From Eledone cirrhosa (Eukaryota), in assembly GCA_964016885.1 (NCBI GenBank), contig OZ024740.1, forward strand, positions 11,408,001-11,472,000: a DNA stretch of 64,000 nucleotides, written 5' to 3'. Of this stretch, positions 13,200 through 25,688 are shown one piece after another. Made by a program: the position numbers and the translations under genes. The notes under the pieces are model-generated. The model was not told where the DNA came from. It saw only the letters and a list, made by a program, of their open reading frames with translations, and did not search any database. Each line of letters starts with the position of its first letter. The stretch's first letter is position 1.

Positions 13200-13702
13200 A
13201 TTTAGGAACAGTTTAGGTATGATACATTTTATTACTAATTATATCTAAATGTTTCTTCTCTCTTCATAATGTATTTTTAACTCTGATACTGGTTCAGTCT
13301 GGTTCAAACTGAATTGGTCTGTCCCAGTCATTCATTGAGCAACATCGGTGAAGTTGGCACCCTTAACTCACAGTTGGGTGCGGATGCATTCATGTATATA
13401 TGTGTGTGTCCGCATGTATCTGTGTGTTTTTAAATGTATTAATAACTCCCTCTGGTCGAGCAATCTTTGAAGTGTGGGGACAACTGGAAAGCTTCCATTA
13501 CTCATACTTCTCGCCTTCTTCACTACCTCTTCTACGGCCTCGATGTGAATACCCCCTCCGCCTCCGTGGTATTTTTTTCGTGGTTATAAGAGGCTTAGCT
13601 CTGTTTCTCGACCGTTATATCGCGTGACTATCTCCCCCTCCGCCTTTTGGGATTCTTTCTCACGTCGTGTAGACGCGTTCTTGAGACTAGTAAAATGAGG
13701 TA

Positions 13703-13790
13703 TCCTCTTGATAAGTCGGCAGACCTCGCAAGGACTCTATATCTTTGATATATTGTTTTTGTTTATGCCACGAAACTACGTAGTCGAGGA
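13703..13790 (+). ncRNA. Type I hammerhead, U3-A8 core variant (591-nt array, copy 4); predicted cleavage after 13785
   Basis: Same as 13112-13199, offset by 591. Confidence 0.8.
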
Positions 13791-14250
13791 ATTTAGGAAC
13801 AGTTTAGGTATGATACATTTTATTACTAATTATATCTAAATGTTTCTTCTCTCTTCATAATGTATTTTTAACTCTGATACTGGTTCAGTCTGGTTCAAAC
13901 TGAATTGGTCTGTCCCAGTCATTCATTGAGCAACATCGGTGAAGTTGGCACCCTTAACTCACAGTTGGGTGCGGATGCATTCATGTATATATGTGTGTGT
14001 CCGCATGTATCTGTGTGTTTTTAAATGTATATATATATATATATATATATTGAGTTATATATGTATGCGTGTGTGTGTGTGTGTGTGTGTACGTATGTGT
14101 ATGTATATATGTGTGTGTAGGTATATATGTGTATGTTAGTAAGTATGTATGTGTATGTGTATATATATATATATGTATATTTTAGAGTTAAATAAGGTCC
14201 ATATGAATTATCTAAGAATGAGTTTTACACACACACACATATATATATAA

Positions 14251-14288
<38 letters not shown>

Positions 14289-14362
14289 TTGTATTTGGTT
14301 GTGCGTGTTTGTGATATGTACGTATTTGTATGTGTATAATTGTATGGCTATGTATGTATGTG

Positions 14363-14441
<79 letters not shown>

Positions 14442-14883
14442 ATAATAATAAATTTGAAGACTAAAATCCAAAGAGGGCTCGATAAGGATAAATATCTATC
14501 AAATATATAAGAACCGTAGAGCAAATATTTATTAAAATAACAGATTAAAGTTTAAGCAAAGAATCGTTGCTTTCACCCTTAACGGGATCTTCTGAAACTA
14601 ACAAAGTCAATCTGTAAACGCAGAACTGGATATTTCAAAAAACGTTGCAACCGGAGGAAGACAGGAAGACGATACTTTGGTTCGTGGAAACGTTCGCTGG
14701 CTAAGAACGGAAAAAAACGAATATAATACGTCATTAATAGGAGCGGTGAAAAACAATTACGCGCAAAGACAGAACCACGTTTATGGTATAATAGAGGTCG
14801 TAGACTAATGTTCTCTTAGGTGGTGCATAGAGACGTTCTCTGGCGATGAACGAAAAAAACGGAGATATTACGTCATTGTTTCG

Positions 14884-15705
14884 TTGAGGCTTTCCCGTCT
14901 TTCCACCAACGAGCGTATTTTCAACGACCATTCCACTTATTACAATGAAGCTCTTGCTCGAAGTGGATTTGTCGATAAGGTAGCATATACAGAGTACGAA
15001 AATAGACCTAGAAGAAATAGATCCCGTCACATTTGTTGGTATAACCCACCATATAATATGGAGGTGGCCACACCATTAGCTAAGATCTTTCTTTCCCTTA
15101 CGAAGCATTTTCCCCCTACACATAAATATAGTAAAATTTTTAATAGAAATACTATTAAAATTTCCTACTCTACGACTCCTAACCTTGCACATAACATCAC
15201 AGCTTCAAATTTAGCTAAACTACCTAGCCGTAGGAACACGTGCAACCTTGTAGTTAGTACTAACTGTAATTGTAGGAATCGGGTTGATTGCCCCTTATCC
15301 GGGAAATGCCTCTCTAGTAACATTGTCTACAAATGTAAGGTTGTAACACCCACGTCCCGTAGGGCCTACATAGGGTTAACCGCCAATAGATTCAAGCAGC
15401 GTCTTTACATGCATACCCATTCTTTTCATTACCCTCTAAGAAGGAATATGACGTCACTTTCAGCTTATATCTGGAGTCTAAAAGACAACCACACCCAATA
15501 TAAGTTACACTGGGAGATCCTAGCTAGGGCTAGATCGTATAACGGAAATAAAAGACCATGTGACCTCTGCGCCGCTGAGGCCCTGGAAATACTCTACGCC
15601 ACAGACCACATCTTAAACAAAAAATCTGAGGCAATTTCGGCTTGTAAACATAAATTGCACAAAACTTTCCTGTATTACAGCCCCACGTTATACCCTAACG
15701 GATAG
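14884..15705 (+). CDS. PLE C RT thumb, Cys-rich linker and GIY-YIG endonuclease (5'-truncated open frame)
   Basis: WYNPPYN, KHFPPTH, CNCRNRVDCPLSGKC, AYIGLTANRFKQR..H, CDLC..E, LNKKSE..CKH. Confidence 0.88.
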   Translation: MRLSRLSTNERIFNDHSTYYNEALARSGFVDKVAYTEYENRPRRNRSRHICWYNPPYNMEVATPLAKIFLSLTKHFPPTHKYSKIFNRNTIKISYSTTPNLAHNITASNLAKLPSRRNTCNLVVSTNCNCRNRVDCPLSGKCLSSNIVYKCKVVTPTSRRAYIGLTANRFKQRLYMHTHSFHYPLRRNMTSLSAYIWSLKDNHTQYKLHWEILARARSYNGNKRPCDLCAAEALEILYATDHILNKKSEAISACKHKLHKTFLYYSPTLYPNG

Positions 15706-16520
15706 TACGATCTATACGTGGATATTTTACGTCTCGATGTGCGAGCTAAGTATATGTTTTGTTTATACCTTTACTTATTTGCATAGGTAAGTATATATTA
15801 TCCGTATGTTTTGTGAAGGTACGTATACCCTCTCGTACGTATATTTGATTGTTATAGCGTATAATTTTTTTATATATTCTGGTACATATGGTTCGGCTAT
15901 GTGTATACAGGAGTTTTGCGTCTGTGTGAGTATGCAGGTTCGTACGTATGTAGGGCGTGTGTATATGTGTACTTCATGTTTTGGTTGACTTACGTCTCCG
16001 AACATTCGTGTATTTACATGTAGGTATGTGTGTGCGCTTGTTATATACGTATTTATTTATTTATATACGTTTATATAATTATTTATTTATTTGTATACAC
16101 GCTTACACACACACACATATTTATATGTGCGTGGTTTTGTTTACCTATGGTAAGTTTTTGCGTATGCTTGTGTATGTACGTTTCTGTTTGCGTGTATGTA
16201 TTTATTTATTTCTATTACTTCTGTATTGTATTTATTTACTTTGTTCTTAACTCTGTAGCGGAGATTCATTCGGTCTCCTAGTTAGAATTTAGTCTACGAC
16301 TTCTGCTATACCATTTACGTGGTTTTGTCTTTGCGTGCTATTGTTCTCCACGGTCCACATATGACGTATTATCTCCGTTTTTTTCGTTCATCGCCAGAGA
16401 ACGTCTCTATGCACCACCTAAGAGAACATTAGTCTACGACCTCTTTTATACCATAAACGTGGTTCTGTCTTTGCGCGTAATTGTTTTTCACCGCTCCTAT
16501 TAATGACGTATTATATTCGT

Positions 16521-16699
16521 GGATTAGCAGTATCGGTAGAGGGTCGGACGCCATGCTTTCCAGCATAGTTACGTCCCTTTACGATCTGATTTCAAATCCC
16601 GCCGAGGTTGACTTTGCCTTTCATCCTTACGGGGTCGATAAAATAAAGTACCAGTAATGCACTGGGTAATTTGCTGGCCTTGTGCCTAAAGTAGAAACA
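16521..16699 (+). mobile_element. tRNA-derived SINE with an 11-bp TSD, inserted in PLE C
   Basis: ATTATATTCGT at 16510-16520 and 16700-16710; the empty site is visible in the left arm near 14718-14728; core GACTTTGCCTTTCATCCTTACGGGGTCGATAAAATAAAGTACC. Confidence 0.88.
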
Positions 16700-17690
16700 A
16701 TTATATTCGTTTTTTCCCGTTCTTAGCCAACGAACGTTTCAACGAACCAAAGTATCGTCTTCCTGTCTTCCTCCGGTTGCAACGTTTTTTGAAATATCCA
16801 GTTCTGCGTTTACAGATTGACTTTGTTAGTTTCAGAAGATCCCGTTAAGGATGAAAGCAGCGATTTTTTGCTTAAACTTTAATCTGTTATTTTAATAAAT
16901 ATATATATGTATATATATATATATATGTGTATGTATATGTGTGTGTATATGTGTGTGTGTGTGTGTATGTATTTGTGTATGCGTATGTATGTGTTTATGT
17001 ATTTGTATATGTATATTTATGTGTGAGAGTGTGTGCATGTATTTATTTTTACGTATGTATGTGTACGTGCATTTGTGTGTATTGCTTACCACGTGTGTTT
17101 TTTCATTTATTTGTTGCCTGTATCGCTGTCAACTTTTGTCTTTATTATTTTTTATATATATTTTTTCTTATATTTATTTGCGTGTGTGAATATGTAGAGG
17201 TGTGTGTATATTTTTCTAATATTGTGCATGCATATGTATGCATGTATATATGTGTGTATGTATGTGTTTGTATGTACGTGTGTATATACGTATGATTGTG
17301 TGTATGTATGATGTATGTATATGTATGTGAATGTGTATGCATATATATATATATATATATATATTTATATTTCTATATATATATGTGTGGTTGTATATAT
17401 GTATGTGTATGTATGGATATGTTGATATTTATGTGTGTATGTATGTATGTGTATATGTATGTGTATGTATATACACATATATGTGTGTATATGTGTGTGT
17501 GTATGTATGTGTGTATGTATATATATATATATACATGTATGTGTATGTATATAATCGTGTGTGCGTGTTAGTGTGTTTGCATGTGTGTTTTTATTTTATT
17601 TTTCCTTTCCTTCTTCCTTCTCCAGCCTCACTTTCATATAGATTGCATTTTTGTTTTTTAAAATCCAATTCAATAAATAGACCAGGATTT

Positions 17691-17749
17691 TTTCATTCTG
17701 ATGATTGAAAGCAAATTTGTTGCTTTTAAGAAACCACTGGTAAATGGAA
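17691..17749 (+). ncRNA. Type I hammerhead ribozyme in a PLE-B-related 3' fragment ending near 17845
   Basis: UUUCAUU-CUGAUGA-UUGAAAGCAA/UUGCUUUUAA-GAAAC-CACUG-GUA^-AAUGGAA; downstream TACATAGAGCACTCTT is shared with about 11734-11749. Confidence 0.88.
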
Positions 17750-17867
17750 TAATTGCCTTATGTTGTTTATTACATAACTATTAAGCTCTGTTACCTACAT
17801 AGAGCACTCTTTTTTCCTGGACTTTTCCGACGGAATTACTTCATTCACACACATATATATATATATA

Positions 17868-18220
17868 TCATCATCATCATCATCAGGTTTAGCGTCTGTG
17901 TTCCACGCTTGCATGGGTTTGGACGGGGGTTTTCCCACTTGAGGCAAGAGTGGTTGTCTTGCTCGCATAGGACTGTCTGGCGGTTTTTCTACAGCTGGAT
18001 GCCCTTCCTAACACCAACCACATTTACAGTGTGGGGCTGGGAGGTTTTTACCGTGTTGCCTACACGGCCACATTACAGCGTGGACTGTCTGGCAGGTTTT
18101 CTACAGCTGGATGCCCTTCCTAACACCAACCACATTTACAGTGTGGGGCTGGGAGGTTTTTACCGTGTTGCCTACACGGCCACATTTACAGCGTGGACTG
18201 TGTGTTTTTTGTCGTGACAC
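17868..18220 (-). mobile_element. RTE/RTEX-like 3' UTR fragment with a duplicated internal unit
   Basis: (CAT)n followed by two copies of the GGATGCCCTTCCTAACACC unit. Confidence 0.85.
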
Positions 18221-18314
18221 CTTATATATATATATATATACATACAAATATATATGCATATATACATATATAAACATATACATATATATATACATATACA
18301 TATATATATATATA

Positions 18315-18350
18315 CTAGCAGAAAATTCACCCTTCGGGTGGTTTTCTGCT
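18315..18350 (-). mobile_element. Possible Helitron-type 3' terminus
   Basis: Minus strand ends ..CTGCTAG^T; hairpin AGCAGAAAA..CACCC-TTC-GGGTG..TTTTCTGCT. Confidence 0.45.
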
Positions 18351-18918
18351 TGCATGTGTAGTGTGTATATTGATATTATATGCAGGTATATATACATGTA
18401 GATATGAAACATCAAATAAAATCGTAATTGACAATATAAAATACATAGAAATTGAGCGAAGACTGTGTCACACTGTCTCATTTAATCAGTAACGTAATCC
18501 ATGATACATTAAAAAAGACGATATTATATATAAACTGCATTAGGAGAAAATTAGTGATGGAAAATTAGTATGTTTATTTAAGCTATGGCCAACTGGAAGT
18601 GTGAACATTTCAGAAATTTTAAAGAAGTGAATCTTTAAATAAACAAAATATATTTAATCAACAGCCACAAAATTTAGTAGATAAATTATGTAATATTCAT
18701 TAATTATTTATTCAAAGTAATCCAACTTATTTTACAATGGGATAAAAAATTATAAACCGTACGCAGTCCCGCGCTCCTTACTTTATTATAGTTTAGATAC
18801 ATATACATATATAAACATATACACATACATAGTCTGCTGATACATATATAGATATACATATACTGTTGCAATGGGAAGAGTTCCACCGTTGGGCCCCAAA
18901 TTTTTATAATGTAGTAGA

Positions 18919-19088
18919 GTATGGTCTCTACTATCAATTACTCTGTTAAGTAATGGTATGGTCTCTACTATCAAGTACTCTGTTAAGTAATGGTATGGTC
19001 TCTACTATCAAGTACTCTGTTAAGTAATGGTATGGTCTGTTAAGTAATGGTATGGTCTCTACTATCAAGTACTCTGTTAAGTAATGGT
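18919..19088. repeat. 37-bp minisatellite, about 4.5 copies
   Basis: GTATGGTCTCTACTATCAAGTACTCTGTTAAGTAATG repeated head-to-tail, no spacers. Confidence 0.9.
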
Positions 19089-19377
19089 CCAACTAGTTTT
19101 AAACTGGTTCTATCCTCACACACACACATATATATATATAAGTGTTAAGGTGCAAGTTAGTTGCGTCCGTAGGTGGTATGCAGAGTGAGCACTCGATGCT
19201 CTTGGGGAGCAGAGTATCAATAGTGTTAATATATAAGGGATCAAAGAATCAGTATTGCATCATATACATATTTAATTACATATTACATATGTTTCACTGT
19301 CAATCAGCTCGAGGAACGATCTATTAATGATAGAACAGGAGTCTGGAATCGGAAACTCCTGATATGTTTTAATATGT

Positions 19378-19680
19378 AGGCGCATGGCTTAGTGGTTAGA
19401 GCATTGGGTTTGCAATTGATAGGTTGTGAGTTCGATTCTCAGACTGGTTGGTGCTTTTGTTTATGTTGCTCCAGTTTACTCAGCTGTAGAAATGTGTTGA
19501 GACGTCACTGGTGCGAAGCTGTATCAGCCATAGCCTTTCAGTGACTTGGATAGGGGAGACTGGTATCCATGGTTGACTGCTGGTCTTCCACAAACAACCT
19601 TACCTGGACTTGTGCCTCAGAGGGGAACCCTCTCGGTTTAAATCCCATGGTCATTTGTGACCGAAGGGGGTGTTTACCCA
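19378..19680 (+). mobile_element. tRNA-derived SINE
   Basis: A box TGGCTTAGTGG, B box GAGTTCGATTC; body similar to 43488-43625. Confidence 0.7.
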
Positions 19681-20571
19681 TTACCCTATATAAAGTTTCC
19701 CAATCAGTCCCTATCGAAGATGATGCGACTTCAGTGTTTCATTCAGTCATTTACATCATACACAGAATGGAGATAATTAAGGTCTGAAAAATCTTTCAGA
19801 AAAAATAACCAAACTATTCATATTAGTTAACAGGGGAGATAAATCTTGCTGGAAATGGGTTCTTAACAATTAACACACACTATTGGTATATTGATTTTTA
19901 TTGAATATTTCTTTCAATTTTGTTACATTTCAACTGTAGATATTTACATACAACAGTTGTTTTTGACTTGTGTGTATTTTTTTAAAGGGAAGATAACTGT
20001 GATAAATATGGCAGAAAATCAGGATTTAGCTGATATTTTTATATTTTCAGTGTCAAATTTATTGGTACCATACATATATATATATATACTGATATATATA
20101 TGATGATGATGATGATGATAATACACACACATGCATAAATATACATAAACATATAGATGATATCACATATATATATCTATACACACGGATATATGATGAT
20201 GATGATAATATACATACATATACACATATTGATGGTACTATATATATATATATATACATGTGTACATATATATGATGATATATACACATATAGGTGCATA
20301 TGTACATAGTTTATATACATAGACACACACATGTGGAAAAACTGATAGTAGATGATAATGATTGTGGTGTTGATATACACTCATACATACAAATACACAC
20401 ACATTGACTCAGTTTAACCCTTTAGTTACCAAACCAGGTCTGGTTCTATGAAATAAAATCAACCATTTTAAAGGTTTCCAATTTAAATTAAAATCTTCCA
20501 ACATAATTTATATAAGAACCTTAAGTAACTATCTTAGTAATGAAACAATAATTCTAGTAAATCCCTTGAAA

Positions 20572-20850
20572 TTCTTCTTCTTCTCCCACTTATTCCAGCG
20601 AGGGTCGTGGCGTCAGAGTCTTCAAACACTCCTTCCAGCAGGTCCTGTTAGAAGCAACCGTCTCCAATTGATCCGGCTGGATCCCCAAGCAAGACCAGTC
20701 AAGCTCATGGATATTATCCAACCCTCTTGCTTGAGGGTCTACCCCTGGGTCTCCTGCAGGTTGGTTTTGCCTGTAAAATCTACTCAGTGATTATTTCCTG
20801 AGACATTCTAACCACATACCTATAGTATCGGAGCAGAGATCTCACAGTAA
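20572..20850 (-). mobile_element. Decayed LINE 3' end with a (GAA)n tail
   Basis: (TTC)n followed by sequence resembling an RTE-like C-terminus on the minus strand. Confidence 0.5.
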
Positions 20851-21697
20851 GTCCCCTCTATTTGAACAAGTGATGCAAATATGAAGTTTTTACAAAGAAA
20901 AAAATTTTGTCTGTGTTTGAAATTCCCATTTTTGTAGGCTCTTTTGGGCCCTGGGTTCCTTCTGTTGCAGCATAAAAACAAGCCGAAATCAAAACTACGG
21001 TATGGGATACCATTCTATTTTTGCATGATTGAAAAAGTACATTTTTTTTCTTTAACAATTTATTGTCATTAGCTTTACAGTATTTAAATTCATTATTACA
21101 TGTTATATATACCTCTATATTACATGTTATACACACCTCTATATACTGTGTAGATATATCACTCATATGGAAACCTGTAGTATCAATGTAACATATATGG
21201 TCTTACTGGTATATACTGTGTTAGACGAACAACTTACAAACAAATCAACAAACTCAATCGAAGTTGGGGACTCACTGTATATATTAGAAATGTGGTCATG
21301 AAAGTATTAACCTGTTACCATTTACATTTCTCTATATTTACTATTATATTTTCATGGCAAAGGCTATATCTCACATAATATCGAATCTATGAGATTTTGA
21401 TATTATTTATTTTGAGAACAATACCTTAACATCAGTATGAGTGGCCAGTTATGGCTGGTTTGAACAGAAAGAGGTAAGAGAATTCTGGCTGGATACAGCT
21501 GGTTTAAATATGGAATCCACATATATTGGTATGAGGAAACACCTATTAAACATCTATTAGTCAATAGGATATGATCAGTTAATGTCAGACTTAAATATTG
21601 AATGATCGATAAATTGTCAAATGTCAGAAGACCTGGTTGGTCTTAACACTAATTACATTACAGTGTATGTATCAGCTTGTATATATATATATATATA

Positions 21698-22110
21698 TCA
21701 TCATCATCACCGTTTTATGTCCATTCTTCCACACTAGCATGGGTTAGACGAGTTCTCCTGTTGTGGGCAGTGTCCGGTCGGCTGACCTTGTCTTGTTCAT
21801 ACAGGAACTGATTCTGGCTTGATTTCTACAGCTGGATGCCCTTCCTAACACCAACCTCATTTTCAGTGAGTGCTGGGTGCTTTTTTTCCGTGGCACCTAC
21901 ACGTCCACTTTACAGTGTGGGCTGGGTGCTTTTTTGCCGCGGCACCTCCACGACCACTTTGCAGTGGGAGAGGGTGGGAGCATATTGTCTATATGCTTCA
22001 GCTTTGGCTTGTACCCGTGAGGGGTCGGGTCTTCTGTATTACTGTGTGACGCGAGAGGTCACGGTAGTGTGTCAGTGCCCTTGAGAGGTGCAATTGGGTA
22101 AGGTTGGCTT
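21698..22110 (-). mobile_element. 3' fragment of the RTE/RTEX-like subfamily seen at 60902-64000
   Basis: Close similarity to 60902-61258. Confidence 0.85.
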
Positions 22111-22899
22111 TTATATATATATCTGTGTGTGCATGTATGAGTGTGTATGTATATATGTGTATGTGTATGCATGTATCATTATAATCATTCTAAAAGGTTT
22201 TTCCATGCAAGCATGGCTTATATGAATGTGTCTGAATACTTACATATGTGTCTTTTCTCATTTTTACATGTTTTCCATGTTAGCATGGGTTTAATAGGTT
22301 GCCAATGTTTCATACCGTAAAATGTTTGACATTTGGAAGGGCATCCAGCTGTGGCAAGGTTCCGACAGCTGGATTCTACTCCGAATGTCAACCATTTTAT
22401 GGTGTGTACTGGATGCATTTTACCATGGCACTGGCACTACCACTTTACATGGTGAACTGATTGAATTTCATTGTGGCACTGGCACTGCCACTTTACAGGG
22501 TGGACTGGGTGTATTTTACTGAGACACTGGCAGTATCACTTTACAGTGGGCTAGGTACATTTTACTGAGACACTGGCAGTATCACTTTACAGAGTGGGCT
22601 AGGTACATTTTATTGGGGTATCTATTCTGGAAAGATTGTTGCACTTAGCCAAGCAGAGAGAAAGGTAGTGGGGAAGGGGATGGTGAAAGTGGCACTGTGG
22701 AACATGTCATAATGGCTGCAATGTGTTGTTTGCTAAAACGGAGGCCAGGCGGTTCAGAAGTTGGATTTACATAGATTTTTTTATATAAAACCCAAGTGTC
22801 AAGTAACAACCACTGTGCTAGATTTGTTTGAGAAATGGTAATTTGATATCTTCCTCCCTACTTCTCTCTGTCCCACAAGTGTTGACAAGGTGGTCACTA

Positions 22900-23277
22900 G
22901 TCTAACAGCAGCTATCTACTGGCAAACCCCTCGTCTGGGATGCCACTTGCATCGACACTTTCTGCAGCCGCAACCTGGTGCAGTCTGACTGACCCAGGTT
23001 CTGCTGCACATCGGGCTGAGGGAGCCAAACTCCTCAAATACCGTCGCTCTCCGACAGGTTTGTGGTCGTACCTCTGGCAGTGGAGACTTCTTGTGTCCTC
23101 GGCCCCAGGGTTACCTCCTTACTCACCACCATAGGCACTGAGCTGGCCAGCCGCAGGTGTGAGCCCCGCGAGTTGGAGTGGCTTTTCCAGCGCGTCTCCC
23201 TCACCGTCCTCCGGGGAAACGCCTTCTCTATTCTGTCCGCCGGGGCTGTGGGTGGGCCCCATCCCATACCATTGTAG
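22900..23277 (+). pseudogene. CRE-clade non-LTR retrotransposon C-terminal restriction-like endonuclease fragment
   Basis: LVWDATCIDT..AEGAKLLKY..PLAVETSCVLG..WLFQRVSLTVLRGNA, read across frameshifts. Confidence 0.75.
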
Positions 23278-23539
23278 TTGTTGTAGAAGAAACAGGAAGA
23301 CAACAACTGGAAAGTTTGATTTTCTAGAACTTGATCTTTGCTTAGTATTTCGATGGTCCAGTTGTATATGGTGAATGAGTTATCTTCCTTTTGTTTACAT
23401 TGTCCGTAAAAATTTATTTTTGACTAGCTTGCTTAAACATATTAAATATGAAATATGTAAATTAAGAAAACTTATGTATCTATCTTCAGACAATAGATAC
23501 AACATATATCTAGCTAAGTATCTGTCACTTTATGTTTCA

Positions 23540-23822
23540 ACTTTCAGGCCCAAAATAATAGAGGGTGGAGTGGAAAATCAGTAATTTTTCTAGGTTGTCT
23601 CCATTGATCTTTTTAAAAACCAGAATTAGTTGTTTAATTACGTAGAGACCTCAACCCGTCCTATTCATTTTATAACATATTGGATTTCTCGTAATGTATG
23701 TTTTTTAATGTCTAAAGAAAATTAATTGCTGCAGGAATGCTACTTTAAATAACATTTCGCTGGGGATAGATTAGCAAAATTTAATTGTGAGGGTGGGGGC
23801 GATTATACAAGATCTGAGAGTT
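23540..23822 (-). mobile_element. About 300-bp MITE-like element (same family as 39192-39495)
   Basis: Reverse-complement similarity to 39732-40046. Confidence 0.6.
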
Positions 23823-24966
23823 CCTATCTAATTTATCTGCCTGTCATATCTATCTTTCTATCAATTAATCCATCTACCTACCTGTTTATCTGTCAATCTA
23901 TCTATCTACCTTTCTATTTGTTTGTCTCCATGTCTAGATGTAAATCTAGTTATCTATTTATGCATATTTACCAATATATCTATCATCATCAAACAACAAC
24001 AAAGCACAAACATCAATAGCTGACTGAAGTTAGATAGAGAGGCAAATAGATACATAAGTATTATAATTGGGCAGATATATGTTTGATAATGAGTAAAAAA
24101 AATGCAGAAGAAAATTATTTTAATTGATTTAACAAGACAACCACTCTTGCCTCAAGTGGGAAAACCCCCGTCCAAACCCATGCAAGCGTGGAACACGGAC
24201 GCTAAACCTGATGATGATGATGAATGTAAACTGAATGTAATAGGAGGCAAATTGGCCAAGTCATTAGAATGTCACATTACAGTATTTGTTCCATCTGTTT
24301 GCTCTCTGAGTTCAACTGAAGTCGATGAAAAAAGTACCAGTCTAATACTGGAGTTGATTCATCTAATTCTCTTTCTCACTTTCTATCCTTTTCAGGAAGA
24401 AATCAGCTGTGTTCAGACCTGGAGAGGAAATGGGCTCTGCCAGGTTTAAAAATGACCAAGAAACACTGTATGTCAATATGGTGGCCCTACAACTCCATCA
24501 GGAGTTACAGGTCCCTATATGCAATGTGAATGTACAGCAATGGTCAAAATGACAAGAGGGAGAAGGTCAAGGAAAATTGAGGATTCAAGAATCCCTTCAT
24601 TACTAGTGTTGTAATCAAAGACTTGTTAAATTAAATATTTTTTCCATATACCCCCATCATTTTTGACTGTGCTAGAATATATATACATATATTCTATATC
24701 ATCATTTTACATTGGCTTTTCTATGCTTTCATATTACGACCATTACCCACACCAATGTAGTTAGTCTTCTCTTTTACACACTACATCTCATTCTGCTTAT
24801 ATCCAGCTTTTTTATCAGTGCATCTATGCTTTGTCTTTCACACACATTAACATTGTACAAACACCAAAGCATGCTTGCTTCATTTCTCTCCAGCTTTTAC
24901 ATATTCTCTGCTCTGCATTCAAGCCCCATGTTTCACTACTATGCAATATAGCATACAGACATTATA

Positions 24967-25688
24967 CACCCGTGTTAAAAAAAAATGGGCCAAGCTACCT
25001 TTCATCATTTATTGAACGAAATGGTACATTATATGCGTTACAAATGAACTGTGAACATATCAACTGATACAATATAACTAGAACAAGACATTTACTTCAT
25101 CACATCATTAGTATGGAATAGAATTACTTTGAATTTTTTCTTGGTTAGCAAGAGTTTGTTTGCACATCATTTTGAAGTGAATCCCATTTCTTTCATTCTT
25201 CTAGATATTGTAATTCTAGAAAGTGAGTTCCCATTTGCTGTTTTAAATTGTTTAGAATGATCAGCAAAGGTTTTCTTCCGATCTTTCAAAACAGTCATTT
25301 TCAGCCTGTGGTCATCCTTGACTGTGGAAGCTCTAGGGTGACCAGACCCCGATTTCCTTGATACAGAACCTTTTGTTTCATATCTTAGACCAATTCGCTT
25401 CACAATTGACAGAGAAGTTTCAAGATTTTCTTTCTTTAGAAGATCAAAAATGTCCTTGAAAGTTAAATTTGCCTGCCTTAATCCTGCAATTCTGTTTTTT
25501 GTTTTCTCATCAAGATGTTTTCCTTTTCTCCGGGGAGTCATTTTAAATTAGAAACTATTATATGATGTAATGTTATTAATCTGAAAAATAAAAACTATCC
25601 ATTAATATTCACTTATTACATCCCAAAACACATCATATCTATTTTTCTTATAATATTACCTTGGCTCATTTTTTTTTTAACACGAGTG
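24967..25688 (-). mobile_element. Internally deleted Tc1/mariner element with TIRs and TA TSD
   Basis: TA|CACCCGTGTTAAAAAAAAATGGGCCAAG ... CTTGGCTCA(T)nAACACGAGTG|TA. Confidence 0.88.
25167..25541 (-). pseudogene. Tc1-type transposase N-terminal DNA-binding region only (no DDE domain)
   Basis: Paired-like HTH with RKSGSGHPR (GRPR-like) and SRITISRRM. Confidence 0.8.

Larger units (their letters stand above)
11853..14030. repeat. Non-coding 591-bp tandem array with hammerheads, in two inverted arms (about 2.1 units 11853-13095; about 1.6 units 13095-14030); retrozyme-like
   Basis: Landmarks recur at 11856/12447/13038 and 13095/13686; one HHR per unit; flanked by (TA)n. Confidence 0.92.
14437..16900. 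mobile_element. Naiad-type PLE C, head-to-head (left arm minus 14437-14877; right arm plus 14878-16900)
   Basis: 14525-14877 is the reverse complement of 16361-16900 once the SINE is removed; outer ends lie in (TA)n. Confidence 0.88.

Noticed and set aside
12091-13627. 75-aa ORF repeated in the 591-nt unit (and the 61-63 aa ORF in the 451-nt unit)
   Set aside because: No recognisable motif; the repetition only reflects DNA duplication
5419-15705. Selenocysteine recoding, which is reported for some Naiad PLEs
   Set aside because: Conserved Cys positions in the linker and GIY-YIG regions of all three elements are ordinary Cys codons; no in-frame TGA seen there
6633-16900. Inverted repeats as assembly or amplification chimeras
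   Set aside because: Arms differ by deletions, microsatellite lengths and a SINE with TSD in only one arm, and ends recur between loci; long reads would still be the final test
18919-19088. 37-bp repeat as a CRISPR array
   Set aside because: Units are contiguous with no unique spacers, there are no cas genes, and the context is eukaryotic
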